From Octopus sinensis (taxonomy: Eukaryota), in assembly GCF_006345805.1 (NCBI RefSeq), contig NC_043007.1:49848001-49912000 (forward strand): a DNA stretch of 64,000 nucleotides. The letters are read 5' to 3'. Every line of letters begins with the position of its first letter. Position 1 is the stretch's first letter. Shown one piece after another: positions 11,785-24,322 of the stretch. A program made the position numbers and the translations under genes. Under the pieces are notes generated by a model. It did not search any database. It was not told the DNA's origin and saw only the letters and a list, made by a program, of their open reading frames with translations.

Positions 11785-14290
11785 GAAGGAAGTGATGTGC
11801 TATTTCAGAAATGTCTGGATACTATGTTGATACAGATCACCTTCTTGGAATCAGAAACTAAATTGTTGGTACTAGATATGACCAGCACATTCAAGGTCAT
11901 ACCTTCAGACTAGTAACTGTCTACAGTACAACAGAGACCTAGCAAAGAGATTTTTACATGCATCTAGAGTGTTTCCTGAGAAAGTCTCGCTTCTTAATAC
12001 TAGTGGGCGATTGGAACGGTATTCTGGATGCATGCTTGGACTGCATCCCTCTCTTTGTGAAGATTTTACATTGTTTTCATTCATCGGCTAGAAGAGGAGG
12101 ATGAAAGAACTCCACAAACCCTCTCAGACATTTTCAAATGCTCTACTTGTACTGACTTGGATTTCCCAGATCTGCCAACGTAGACTGCATTTAGACAGAA
12201 TATTCTCTCAGCCAGCAAATAGATCACAGATAGATCACAAATTAAAATCGTCGGCTGCTCTAACCATAATTTTTGATCTGTACGATCGATCTAAATAAGA
12301 CTCGCAGACTCGGACGCGATTACTGGAAGCTGAACGTTTCACCCCCGGTGCGCCAAATTCACAGAGAGGCAAGGGCAATCATTGATTCTTCGTCCTGAGA
12401 AGGGGATTAACACAAAATCATTAAAATTTATTAGGGGAGTTACGTTAGAGAAAACTAGAATACAGGATGACTTAGAAAGTTAGAAGAGAGAATTGGGAAA
12501 GGATCGTAACTGATGCCTTTGCGCCAATAACGGTCCTTGACAAATTCTTAGCACGAAGCATGAAAGTTGCAATGTCAGAGCTAAGGCGCGTGCTCTAAGG
12601 TACGAAGGGACGAAAGCAGTTCGATAAGCCCGACTCACAAGAGTGCAGCGTGGCAACGAACCCTCAGATCGGTGTTCAGCAGGCCATGATAGGTACATGT
12701 AAGGCTCTTTAGTGTCACACTTCTTGAATTTTTGAGATCTCTTGGTAGATACCTACCTCAAGGCAGTAGAACGGGAGACTTAATTTCTGTAAGTCGAGGA
12801 CCGATGTTGCTCTAGAGAAAAGACCCAAACAAGGGGTACCCCACTGATGAATTTTTTGTTTATCTGTTAAGCACAAATTTCTATATTTTGACCAAGGTAT
12901 CAGCAAAGATGCTGGCACTTATCATCAGTGATCAAATGATGATGTGCTCACAGATCAATCCACGAAAGCTTTCGAGTGGTTTGACAACGAATATTCCACA
13001 GCGGTCCTTATAGCAGGTTTTTTTTTCGGTTCCGTCTTCCGCATTTGGATCGCCGTAATGTATAGTGATATGTGTTTAGCGGTTAGGATGAATGAACGCC
13101 TTTTGAAACAATTCATACCAAGAGCGTCGGATATCAGACTTACCTGTGTGATCGGCTCTAAGTAACTACAAGACATGGACTAAAGCAAAAATCTACCAAG
13201 AATAATTCAATGGGTACGTGGTGAAGCAGGAATATGCCATCCACCTGCCTGCTGGATCGCTGGGCAGGCCGGTTAGCTTGCTAAGGATCTGGTTTGATCC
13301 AGATCTCCAATTGGGGGAAGAACTGGGACGAGGTGACGAGCAGGATGGTTGTCTCACCCAGAAATGAGCTTACAGAAATCTATCTCAAAGAGGTTGGATG
13401 GAGTTAGCGAATCCATTCAACGCCTCTGTCATATATTACTGCCTGACTGTCATGCCGGACCTCAGTTCTCGTTTGACCGGACTGAAGCGTCTGCACTTTC
13501 GCTTTCTGTTGAAAGGATCAATTCTTCTCAACGCCCGCAGAGTTGAAGACTGGGTATCCCATGGTTGATGATGTGCAGAAATACGCTGAAGCTGCGACAC
13601 CTCAAGCAATTCCACGACGGTGAACAGGTGTGGTCACTTTTGTTGGGAGGCTTTTCCACAGATAGTCCCTTTAACATCATACAGTGCCGCATCAGACAAA
13701 GTTTAAGACAAGGCACTTAGCATCTGAAATGTTGAGAACTCACAGTCCTGTACCAGTCGAACCATGCAATCGGTGGAAGATCCACTTTGGGGTTCTATAG
13801 AGGTTCAGATGTGGGCAAGTGCGACGACATTCATGGGACGAAAATGAAAAACAGGTATGTTCCAGAAGTCTTTCGCGCAAAAACACATGAATAATTTCTA
13901 GACACTCTTAACCTGACATACCTGGTTCGAGATCAACTCAGCAGGCAGTTAGCCGGGCATCCCTAAGATGCGCGCGGAGCGACGAACGATGACAATTTCT
14001 AAAGTTATGTTGAATATTTACTGCTACGTTTAGACTTGCACGTTCTATCAGCTAAGTCCATAATGACGATCGTCCCTCCAATTTCCTTTGGTCGGGAAAG
14101 GCTGGCAGTTTTAATCTGTCTTGTGATTTAGCGAAAGAGGTTGTCCGGTGGACCAGACTGAAAAAACTGAAGATATATTTTCCTTTTGAATTTCACGGAG
14201 CGGATTATCTGTGAACGAAGTACTGGGCGTACTTGAGGGGATGCTTTCCAAAGAAAGGGGTCATCTCTCAAGCAGATCTCTAAAACTATG
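11785..14290 (+). mobile_element. Tx1/L1-clade LINE ORF2 (APE endonuclease + RT), decayed
   Basis: GDWNGILDACLD (about 12005), YWKLNVS (about 12320), LLSTNFYILTKVSAKML (about 12865), DQSTKAFE..FGSVFRIWIAVMYS (12944 ORF), PVSLLRIWFDPDLQLGKNW (about 13270), LRHLKQFHDGEQVWS (about 13590), AKEVVRWTRLK (about 14135). Confidence 0.85.
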
Positions 14291-14591
14291 CACACTATTA
14301 TAGGCCACGTACACTAACGCTCAGACACACACATACACACACACATATACTCACGCTAACGCATATACACATACACTAATGCTTACACACTCTCACGGGG
14401 CGAGTGGGCAGGTATGCTACTTCAAAATATATATGTAATGGATGAACTGTTTTAGATTTTCTATCTCTACACATTATTATGTACAGTTTCACATATAGGA
14501 CGCATAATGAAGAAATTATAATGTGCAGTTAATCAAGTCCTCTCTATTACCCCCGCCATTGGATATATATATATATAGTTATATATATATA

Positions 14592-14641
<50 letters not shown>

Positions 14642-15849
14642 CTTTTATATAGTGTTAATATATATATATATACACCTTTGTATCGTATTATATATATATA
14701 TTATAACAAATATATATATATAACAAGTATATATTATCTATATATATATATATATAATATAATATATATTATATCATATATATACATATATATACATACA
14801 CCTCTGTATGATTATATTAATACGGCATAGGTCATTTATTTCAGTCTCTCTATACATACATACACACACACTTTCGCACGCGCACACACACTTACACACA
14901 CATGTATATATATAAGAAGTTGTGCACTTTACGTGAAAGTACACGCCTTGTCTTTGTCTTTCTTTCTTTCTTTCTCTCTGCTCTCTCATTCCCCCACTCT
15001 CTCTGTCCCCATATTTTCACATGTGTATGTATATTTAGAGATTTATAGATGAGTGTATATTTGCTGATAATATATTTATGCCTGCATGCACAAATACCTT
15101 CGTACACGCACCTGCGCGCATCCGTGTATGTGTCTATGTATGCATTTCTTTTTGTTCGTTTCTGCGCATGTGTGTGGGTCAGTGTGTCTGTCTGTCTGTC
15201 TGTCTGTCACTCTCTCTCTGTATATATATGTGTGTGTGTGTATGTATGTATGTATGTATGTAGTATGTATCCATGCATGCATGCATGAAATTGTGTGAAT
15301 GTATGCATGTATGTGTGTACGCTTGTATATATGTATTCTGAATATTCATTTGTTTGTGTTTGTGTGTTTTTATGAGTGTGTGTTTGCATGTGTGTGTGTG
15401 TTTGCATGTGTGAGTGTGTGTGTGTGTGTGTTTGTGTGTGTACCTCTGTCTCCTTGTGTGTGCATGTATGAGTGTGTTTGTATCTATGTGTGCATGGGTT
15501 TTTGTGAATATGAACTGTGTATGTATGGATGGATGTGTGTCTCCATATTTGTCCTTGTGTGAAGTGAAGACTGTGTGTATATTGTTATGTGTTTCAGTCT
15601 TCATTTGCATATGCATGTGTGTATGTGTGCATGTCTGTTCATATTACTTATTTACTTATCCGTCTGTATGTCTGTCTGTTTACATTCAAATCAATTTGCC
15701 TACATATATGTGCATATACATATACGTATACACACACATATATACATCTACATAACAGCCCACTAACTATATACACAGGTATATATTATACCTGTGTATA
15801 AATATAAACTGTGGTTATGGGGGTGTGATTACCTACTACGTATATTTCC

Positions 15850-16200
15850 TATTTAGCACTGGACATGTTTCATTTATGAGGATGTACTCTTGTATTTGTC
15901 TGAGGGTTGGGTCCTTCGGATGCTTGGATAAAATGCGGATGTCAAGTTGACCTAGGTTGCCTCCGTGTTGGTCCTTGTCATGTTGGTAGAGTTTGGAGGA
16001 CTGTCTTCTGTAGTCATATTGTCACAAATTTTTATTTAGTCTTTCCGCAATGCTTCTTGATCTCTCCCCTGTGTATGACATGTTCATGTGTTTACAAGCA
16101 GCTTCTATGCATGTTATGCTGTAGACTACATTTCTAGTTCTACAGTTAATGCCAGGGTTAATCTTACATACCAAGCAGTTATCATTGGCGGATAACGGAA
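15850..16200 (-). mobile_element. Penelope-like GIY-YIG fragment
   Basis: Manual translation NCLVCKINPGINCRTRNVVYSITCIEAACKHMNMSYTGERSRSIAERL... and PTLRQIQEYILI. Confidence 0.75.
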
Positions 16201-16388
16201 AGAGCCAACGACGATTGTAAAGGTTGCAACGAAAATTTTAGGAAAAATAAATAAATAAATGAGTGGAAACTTTAAAAGTAAGTGTGTTAAATAATAAGCC
16301 ACTAAAAGAGAATGACTCCCCCCAGACACAATATATGTGTGTGTATCTAAATGTGTGTGTATATTATATATATATATATATATATATT

Positions 16389-16555
16389 ACAATAAGGAAC
16401 GGCCATAATAGGCCATTCACCCACTAGAAATAACAGCCAAAGCTTCTACCGCAATAAAGTTAATTCCGTAAACAGGAATTAATCTTTATTTGCGGTAGAA
16501 GCTTGGGCGTTATTTCTATTGGGTGAATGGCCTATTATGGCCGTTCCTTAATTGT
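16389..16555. repeat. ~167-bp hairpin with ~80-bp arms
   Basis: ACAATAAGGAACGGCCATAATAGGCCATTCACCCA.. versus ..TGGGTGAATGGCCTATTATGGCCGTTCCTTAATTGT; loop GTAAACA. Confidence 0.9.
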
Positions 16556-16689
16556 TAATGTTGAACTTAAAATGGTCTATGACTATTTAATTTTTTTTCC
16601 CGCTGGGCCGCTGGTGGCTAAAATTCTACAAAATTTTTTCCTTGCCACCCTATATGATTAATTATATATATATATATATACAATATGTT

Positions 16690-17260
16690 ACATTACTCGG
16701 TAGTCAAGATAAAACTCTGAGTTTCAGATGCCGAAGTGGAAATCCACAACACTATCTCTTCGGTTATCTGGCTATTGAAAACGTTATGCAAAAATACCGT
16801 TAAAAATGAAGGGAATTACTTACTTATAACTCTGCTTTGCCTGCGTACTTATACATCGCTCGCATTTTTCGTCATAAAAATTATATAAAAATACATAAAA
16901 ATATATAAAAATATATAAAAATATATAAAATCTTCTTGGGACATAACACAGAAAGCATGTTCTATCCGTTTTCTTTAGGGGACCAAAAACGTAACAGAAA
17001 TTTAGTCACATGTGGGCATGATCCGAAAAGCTCTGTCCTTGTATTTAGACATGTGGTAGGGTCTAAGCTGCTTTTCCAGATAAGCCATCTCTCCATGTCG
17101 CATAAACCGCACCTTCCGCTGCCGTTAGTATAGGGCTTACATCTGGCCAAAATCATCTGGCCAGAGTGGAGCCCCGAAGGCGGTAGGGTGTCGAATCTCG
17201 ACTCTTTTCCGGCAACTCCTGCAGCCAACCAGACTCCAAACGTACTGCACTGCATTCCTT
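16690..17260 (-). mobile_element. Penelope-like element 3' end: GIY-YIG C-terminal tail plus 3'UTR with hammerhead-like motif
   Basis: ORF 16962-17255 ends ILARCKPYTNGSGRCGLCDMERWLI..LNTRTELFGSCPHVTKFLL (CxLC..LN.R.EL...C.H..KFLL PLE tail); hammerhead-like motif at 16700-16774. Confidence 0.75.
16700..16774 (-). ncRNA. Second copy of the same hammerhead-like family
   Basis: TAGCCAGATAA-CCGAAGA-GATA..CATC-T-GAAAC-tcaga-GT-T-TTATCTTGACTA; aligns with 46780-46856; U4 changed to C. Confidence 0.55.
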
Positions 17261-17376
17261 TGGATTATGTCTGGGGGGCCGAGAGGGAGATTCTGGTGTC
17301 TGGGCAGCCCAGTGTCTTCGTTCCTACCGCCCAGGCAATCGCCATGGAGAAACTACTCCATCGATGGATATATGGT

Positions 17377-17450
17377 TGTACGTTGGTGTAAATTGCTAGT
17401 ACACTTGTCGCGAAAACAAAGAGATGTGGATTCGAGTCCCACACGTACAG
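17377..17450 (+). tRNA. tRNA-like cloverleaf (probable pseudogene or SINE head; anticodon ambiguous)
   Basis: Acceptor stem TGTACGT/ACGTACA, D stem GTGT/ACAC, anticodon stem TTGT/ACAA, T loop TTCGAGT; D-loop GG is GC; T7 run at about 17460. Confidence 0.5.
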
Positions 17451-18284
17451 AAACCTTCCTTTTTTTCCCCATCGCGAGCTTCGTGTTTGTTTGTATGTAT
17501 GTAATTTGTATGTATGTAATTTGTATGTATGTAAATTTCAAGCAGTCCATGGTAGGTATAGAAAAGAACTTTCAGGAACAATAATAGTTTATTGACTTAG
17601 AAGGTTGTAGGTTTGTTTTCCAAATGGCAGTTCGATAAGCTGGAAAAAGTTTTTTTTATAGTTCACGGTTAGCAACTAGGGTTGTTATGAGTGCAAACAA
17701 AAGCCCGAATTGAGGGAATGAAGCAGGTAAAATGCAGGCTACCTATGTTTCCTAGCTAGCAGAACCTCGTGAGTAATAATTACTCAACGAGTGGTACTCT
17801 TCTCTCCTCTTTAACATCTTGAACCTCTTTTGCCAGTGAAAAACTTTATCCATAAGAAGTCTAAAGCATTTCATAGGTTTCTATAGAGTTTTATCTTATA
17901 TTAACACAAAAGTTTATTGCATAGCGAGTTTCCAAATGTTCCATCTGCCTTTTGCAAACTAGTCAGTTGTGATAAACTGTTTAGTAGGATATGTCGAAAG
18001 TGTTGTTACAGCCAGCTCTTGCAATCTGGGATAATAAAAGTTGGCAGGTCAGCTTATTGGATGTATAGTAGTGATATACTAAAGTTATAATGATCTTGGA
18101 CAGTTATAACTGCCTCCTAAAAAAAGATTCACAATTTCTGAAATGCAACACGTAAATACTGGAATAGGTTCATTTGTTTAAACTTTCCAATATAGTACCT
18201 TAGCATAGCCGCAGTCCAATGACGGAAACAACTAAAAGATTTTAAAGATTTACAGAAATACACACACACACACACACACACACA

Positions 18285-18316
<32 letters not shown>

Positions 18317-19076
18317 GCATACACAAACACACACACAAACACACACACACAAACACACACACAAAAACATACACAAACACACACAAACACACACACAAAC
18401 ACACACATACGCACACACATACACGTACACACATACACGCACACACAAACACACACATATGTAGACATACGATCACACACACATGCACATATACATACAT
18501 CCATCTGTCTGTCCGTCGCTCTTTATGTACACATGTATGAATGTATGTATGTATGTATGTATGTATGTGTGCGTGCGTGTGTGTGTATACGGGTGTAAGA
18601 ATAAGTTTATTTGCCTTTTGTTGTTGTTCCTAAGACGCCAGTTCTGCTGTCCTTTTTAATCACCCTAAAGTCCGCCTCTCCCTTCAATGTTCTTCACAGC
18701 CCTCATTATTCCCGCCTCCTCTACCACCAAACTCTTTCTCCTCCGATCAACCATTGCCATTATTCACTTATTTAATAAATGATTATAATGTTGCCCCACC
18801 AGCTGTATATCCGCCCACTCGCCTCTTCTTTGTGTGTATGTGTGCTGATCAAATGAATGATGATTGCGCGTAGTAGATTGTGTGTGGGTAATAAGTGTTT
18901 GTATGTGTCCGTAAAAAATTGTTTGAGCATGTGTGTATCTGTGTGTGCGCGTGCGCTCGCGCATATGCATGTGTGAGCGATGAATATATATGCATGTGAA
19001 GAGTGTACTAGGGTATATAGTCAGTGTGTGAATATTTGTCCGTGATTGGGTCTGTATGTGTCCATGATGTTTTGTA

Positions 19077-19126
<50 letters not shown>

Positions 19127-20439
19127 GTGAGAACGAACGAATGATGATGTGAAAGTGTTAGTGTAATGTCGTCAGTGAATGTATATGAAGGTGTGTGATG
19201 ATGTGCTTGAATTTAATGGTGTGAATATGTTTGACAGTGCATATATGTGCGTGGTTGTGTGTGTGTGCATGTGTGTTCATATGTGTGTGTATGCATGTTA
19301 TTTTTCTACATCTTCTTGTCGCTGGTGCTGATATCTTCTATATTGCTCATTACTTCTACTAAATACACAACATTGATTGCAAAGATGAGAGGGCGCCGAA
19401 CTAAGTCTCTCTTCTGCTGTCTGTGCATATGAGCGTGTGCGAGTTCGTGTGTGCATGTGTATAATGTGCGCGCACGCGTGTATGCGTGCGAATGTATGTA
19501 TGTGCGTGTGTATGTGGGTGTGAGTGCGTGTGTATTTGGGTGCGTATTTGTGGATATGTCGATGTGCCATGTATACAAAGTAGACTGGAATCAAGGATAG
19601 GTTTCATCTCATATCGATAGAACTGATACCAGTTATGTACAGTGGAGAAAAACCAGCTACTTCAATACTATACACCCTCTACGCCCCGATTTATATTTTG
19701 TGACGCCCCTGTTTATGGTGTGTATGTGTATGTATGTGTGTGTGTGTGTGTGTTCGGGTGTATATGAGTGTGTGTTTGTGGATATATCGAAGTGCCATAT
19801 GTGTACATATGTTTGTATGTTTTATGTATATGTATATATAGTAAATTAAATAGTATATGTATGTATATGGGTGTGTGTGTGCTTGTGTGTGTGTATGTAT
19901 ATGTATAAATATTTATTTACATATGCCTATATGCTTATGTGGGTGTATATACAAAGAGATAAAGATGGGGAGAGAAGGAGAAAAAAAATGTAGAAGACAT
20001 CATGAAAAATGGCTACCTTAACGGTTGTTATGATGGTGGTTGTGGTGGTGGTGTATGTGGTTAACGGTAACTGTGATAGTGGCGAGTGGCTGTTGGTGGC
20101 AGCGGGTGATGTCGTAGAGAGAATGGTGCCATAATGGCTAAAAAAAGAACTGTTAAGATTTGGCGTTGAAATAAAGGTTAACCGCATCGACCTCGTTCAT
20201 TCCTCCTCCTCTTTAAATTTTTCCGTTAATGGGAATGATTGGACAAATGATGATGATGGTAATGATGATGACAACGATGATGATGATGATGAAGGTAATG
20301 ACGAGGATTATACTGATAATGATAAATATGATGAGGATGAGGATATTTGTAGTAGTAGTAGTAGTAGTACGAATAATAACAATAGTGCATTCTGTATCTT
20401 ATATTATAATTGTTGTTGATAATAACAGCAATAATAATG

Positions 20440-20510
<71 letters not shown>

Positions 20511-21920
20511 AATAATAATAATGAGAATAATAATAATAATAATAATAATAAGAAGAAGAAGAAGAAGAAGAAGGAGGAGGAGAAGAAGAAGAAGAAGAAG
20601 AAGAAGAAGAAGAAGAAGAACAACAACAACAACAACAACACAACAACAGCATCAACAACAACAGCAACAACAATAACAACAACAATAATTGAATTATGGA
20701 GCTAGGATGGAGTTAATGGAGACAGAAGGTAGAATAATAACGAAAAGTAAAACACACCACGCCCCCACAAGTATATGCGATTTATGAATGGGTAATGTGT
20801 ATGTGTATGTGTACTTTTAGTTATCTGTGCACACATACACGCATATATGTATGTATGCACATAGAAATGCATACATGCATGAATTTCTTAACAATTATGT
20901 TTGAGGTTGAGGTGAGGCTAAATGTGTGAACGAACAACAACTGAACTGTTATCAAACTGACAATAAATTTGATTAATGTTTTATCAGTGAAGCACGAACG
21001 AAAGGAGCAATTACTGAAATCCTGCAGTAATAATGAATGCCGTGTTAGCTGGTGGTTTTGATAATAGCTTGAGTGGTTGGTGGGGGTATTAGGATCGGGA
21101 GTCTGGTAGTTGTCGTGTCTGATAATGGCTGGTCCAAGAGTTACTCGTTTCTTCGGCGCCAGAGTTTCCCAAGCCAAGCTTTATGTGTGTCGAAAGCCGT
21201 TTCCACCGTGTACGTCTTGTTTAATTTTTAGGAATCGCGTATCTAAATTATGTTATATAATTAGCCTACTTACTTTAACATTATAAGGTGTGATTTGATG
21301 GGGATTTGGTTGCTATATCTGGCAGATTCAAATGTCCATCGACTGCTCTCTCTCTTTCTGACATGTTCTACTTCCGATTTTTGTCCTTGGGGTGAAAATT
21401 GTGTGACATGGCGGTAACATGAAATAGCGTGTGGCAAAACAGTTGATGTCTGGTGACCATGTCTTATTTTCTTTTTTATATCAAAATTTGTAGTTGGAGC
21501 TGGGGTTAGTGGTGGTGGTGAGGAGGATTCTCTTCTTTACTTTGGGGGATGGGATGCTGTATCGTTTGTATTTTTGAATTTTGTTAACTTACATTTCTCC
21601 TTTCCCACACATTGTGTGTGTGCGTATATGCACACGCACACACACGGATGTAAGTATTTGATACATATTTCATATATATGTAATATACATACATATATGT
21701 ACACACATATATATATACATATATACACCCACACACCAACATATATATATACACACACATGCATACGCGTATATATATATTTCATGCATAGATACATATC
21801 TATGTGTGCATGTGCATTTATATTTGCTGGTGAACAGGCTTACAAACATACGTGCGAAGATAAATAAACGCATACAGAATGACACAGACACGAACACGGA
21901 CACACACACACATATGTATA

Positions 21921-21995
<75 letters not shown>

Positions 21996-22431
21996 CTATG
22001 GATGTGAGTCGATGTATGCGTGTGCGCGTAGATTGGGGGCGTGTGAGGCAATGGTGAATAGATCTTGAGATATGGCATACATTGATAGGGTCAAATTGGC
22101 GTGAAGTGCTTCAGTCTCTCCTTAACTGAGATTTATCAAAGTTTTACGGTATTTGACGGCGGAAGTGGGAAGACAGAATAAAAAAAAACAGCAATTTTAA
22201 AGACTAAATCCAGTATTTCTTGATATTCCACATGCAGAAATGGGCAGGCTATAACAGAAAGATAAAAACAAATTGATAATGGCTGAAAAGATGTGCTGAA
22301 ATGGGGTTAAAAGTCACATGCAATTATGACTAATTATCTTCATCAATTTCCTGAATAAAGTGTTATAAGTATGCACACGTAGATACATGTAGACATATAT
22401 ACACGCATTCAGGGAAACAAATGTGTACACA

Positions 22432-22800
22432 GCAGGCGTGACAGTGTGATAAGAAGCTTGTTTCCCATTCACGTTGTTCCGGGTTCAGTCCCACTGCGTG
22501 ACACCTTGGGCAAGGGTCTTCTACTATAGCCTTGTGAGTGGATATGGTTGACAGAAACTTAAAGAAGCCCATCGTATGTGTGTGTGTCTTTGTATCTGTG
22601 TTTTTCCACCGCCACCACTTGACGACCGGTGTTGGTGTGTTTATGTAACTTAGCGCTTCGGCAGAATAGAAGATAGTATAAGTACCAGGTTTATAAAAAA
22701 ATAGGTGCTGGGGTCGATTCATTCGACTAAAAATTCTTCAAGGCGGTGCCCCAGTATGGCCGCAGTGTAACGACTGAAACAAGTAAAAGATAAAGATATG
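22432..22800 (+). mobile_element. Diverged full-length copy of the dominant SINE
   Basis: Same head, body and tail order. Confidence 0.75.
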
Positions 22801-23444
22801 TACATGTTTGTATTTATTGCTATCTTGTATTTATTGTATTTATTGCAATACCTAACTTACTCAGAGTTTCGTACTATCCAGCTTAGATTTAAAATTAGGC
22901 TAAGTTTTACTGTTGCTCTCGTATCTAATCTAAGGATTAGATTTATATACAGACTTAGATTTGAATGTAGGCTTCGGGTCAGAAAAAGAAGCTCTCCTTG
23001 ATGATTATAGAGATCGTGTTTTACACACACACAAACACGTATACGTAAATATAAATATTTAGTTTATATTATGAAAAATTATTTTACTTAAAAAAACTTC
23101 GAGAGATATGAAATAAATTGTTTTTGTAGTGGTACTCAAAGTAGATAAGGCTGAAAATATTACCACGTAGAATATTGTGTTAAAAAGAAAATCGATAGAA
23201 TTAAGTCGGTAGCTGTCCGTAGGACTAGAACGCAAACCTTCTGCAAAGCTGGCAGGTGTGCTACCGTCATTCCAGAGAAACCCATCAAATTCCTTTTATC
23301 TGTTTAAGAAAATTTGCATATTTCTGGTTTACACTAAGAGAAGTTTTTTTTCTTCTTTTACAACTTCAAGAGATATGAAATAAATCGTTTAAACGGTGGC
23401 ACTAGATGTAGATAAAACGATAAATAATATTTTCAAATGTTGGC

Positions 23445-23625
23445 AGAAGGCCTGCAAGTTCGGGCAAAGGATAAGTTGGTTACATCGACCCCAGTACTTA
23501 TTTTATTGGCCTCGAGAGAATGAAAAGTAAAGTCGACTTCTGCGGAATTTGAACTCAGAATATGAAGACGGGCAAAATGCTTAGCGACATTTATGTGCAG
23601 CAACGATTCTGCTAGCTAACCGTCT
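23445..23625 (-). mobile_element. Copy of the second SINE family
   Basis: GAAAAGTAAAGTCGACTTCTGCGGAATTTGAACTCAGA..GCTTAGC..ACGATTCTGCTAGC on the plus strand matches the 8420 copy. Confidence 0.7.
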
Positions 23626-24076
23626 GCATAAAACTATAAATAATAGCATATGGAATATTAGGCAAAAGAAAAATCTATGACTGCCCATAGAATTCCAAAC
23701 TACATCTTTTTCAATCCGTTATGCCACCAGATATTGTACGAAGCGAATAATTAATGACCTTATCTATTTCGATTAAGCGATTTATTTAATATCTCTCTAA
23801 AACACTAAAACAACAAAATAAATAATGTTTATAATGTAAACAACATACAGTTCTCACTGGTCTGGAAAAAACTTTCAAACGTTTTATGAAAACATTCGAA
23901 GAGCTGCTTTGGCATAATGGTGGCACATCTGTCATGTTTACAAAAGAAGTATCAATAGAAAGTTATGGCAATGAGAGTTATTTCGGTTTGAAAGTCAATA
24001 TTTGTTACTGTTCAGGATTCAATCAGTGTGTAAGTAAATGAGTAAATATATATCGTTTTCAGGTAACGATATTCTT

Positions 24077-24210
24077 ACATTATTTACGGATATTTGTCCT
24101 CATCTTTTTGTTGTTAACACAACGCTTCGGCTGATATACCCTCCAGCATTCATCAGGTGTTTTGGGGAAATTTCGAACCTGGGTTCTCATTCCTAAGGTA
24201 TTTTCAATGT
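24077..24210 (-). mobile_element. 3' terminal (pseudo-LTR) segment of the split Penelope-like element, with minimal hammerhead-like motif
   Basis: Lies inside the 13-bp direct repeat TAACGATATTCTT (24064-24076 and 28709-28721); carries CTGATGA...GAAG-CGTT on the minus strand. Confidence 0.7.
24116..24161 (-). ncRNA. Minimal type I hammerhead ribozyme-like motif (degenerate)
   Basis: Minus strand: AACAC-CTGATGA-A-TGCTG-gagggtatat-CAGCC-GAAG-CGT-T-GTGTT; stem I AACAC/GTGTT, stem II GCTG/CAGC; core substitutions present. Confidence 0.6.
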
Positions 24211-24239
24211 TGCTGTTGTTGTTGTTGTTATTATCATCA

Positions 24240-24320
<81 letters not shown>

Positions 24321-24322
<2 letters not shown>

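Noticed and set aside
17640-18120. Possible CR1-like LINE 3' remnant
   Set aside because: No motif clear enough to support an assignment.
22850-22985. Degenerate TTAGRN hexamer periodicity resembling telomeric repeat
   Set aside because: Too diverged and short to call an interstitial telomere.
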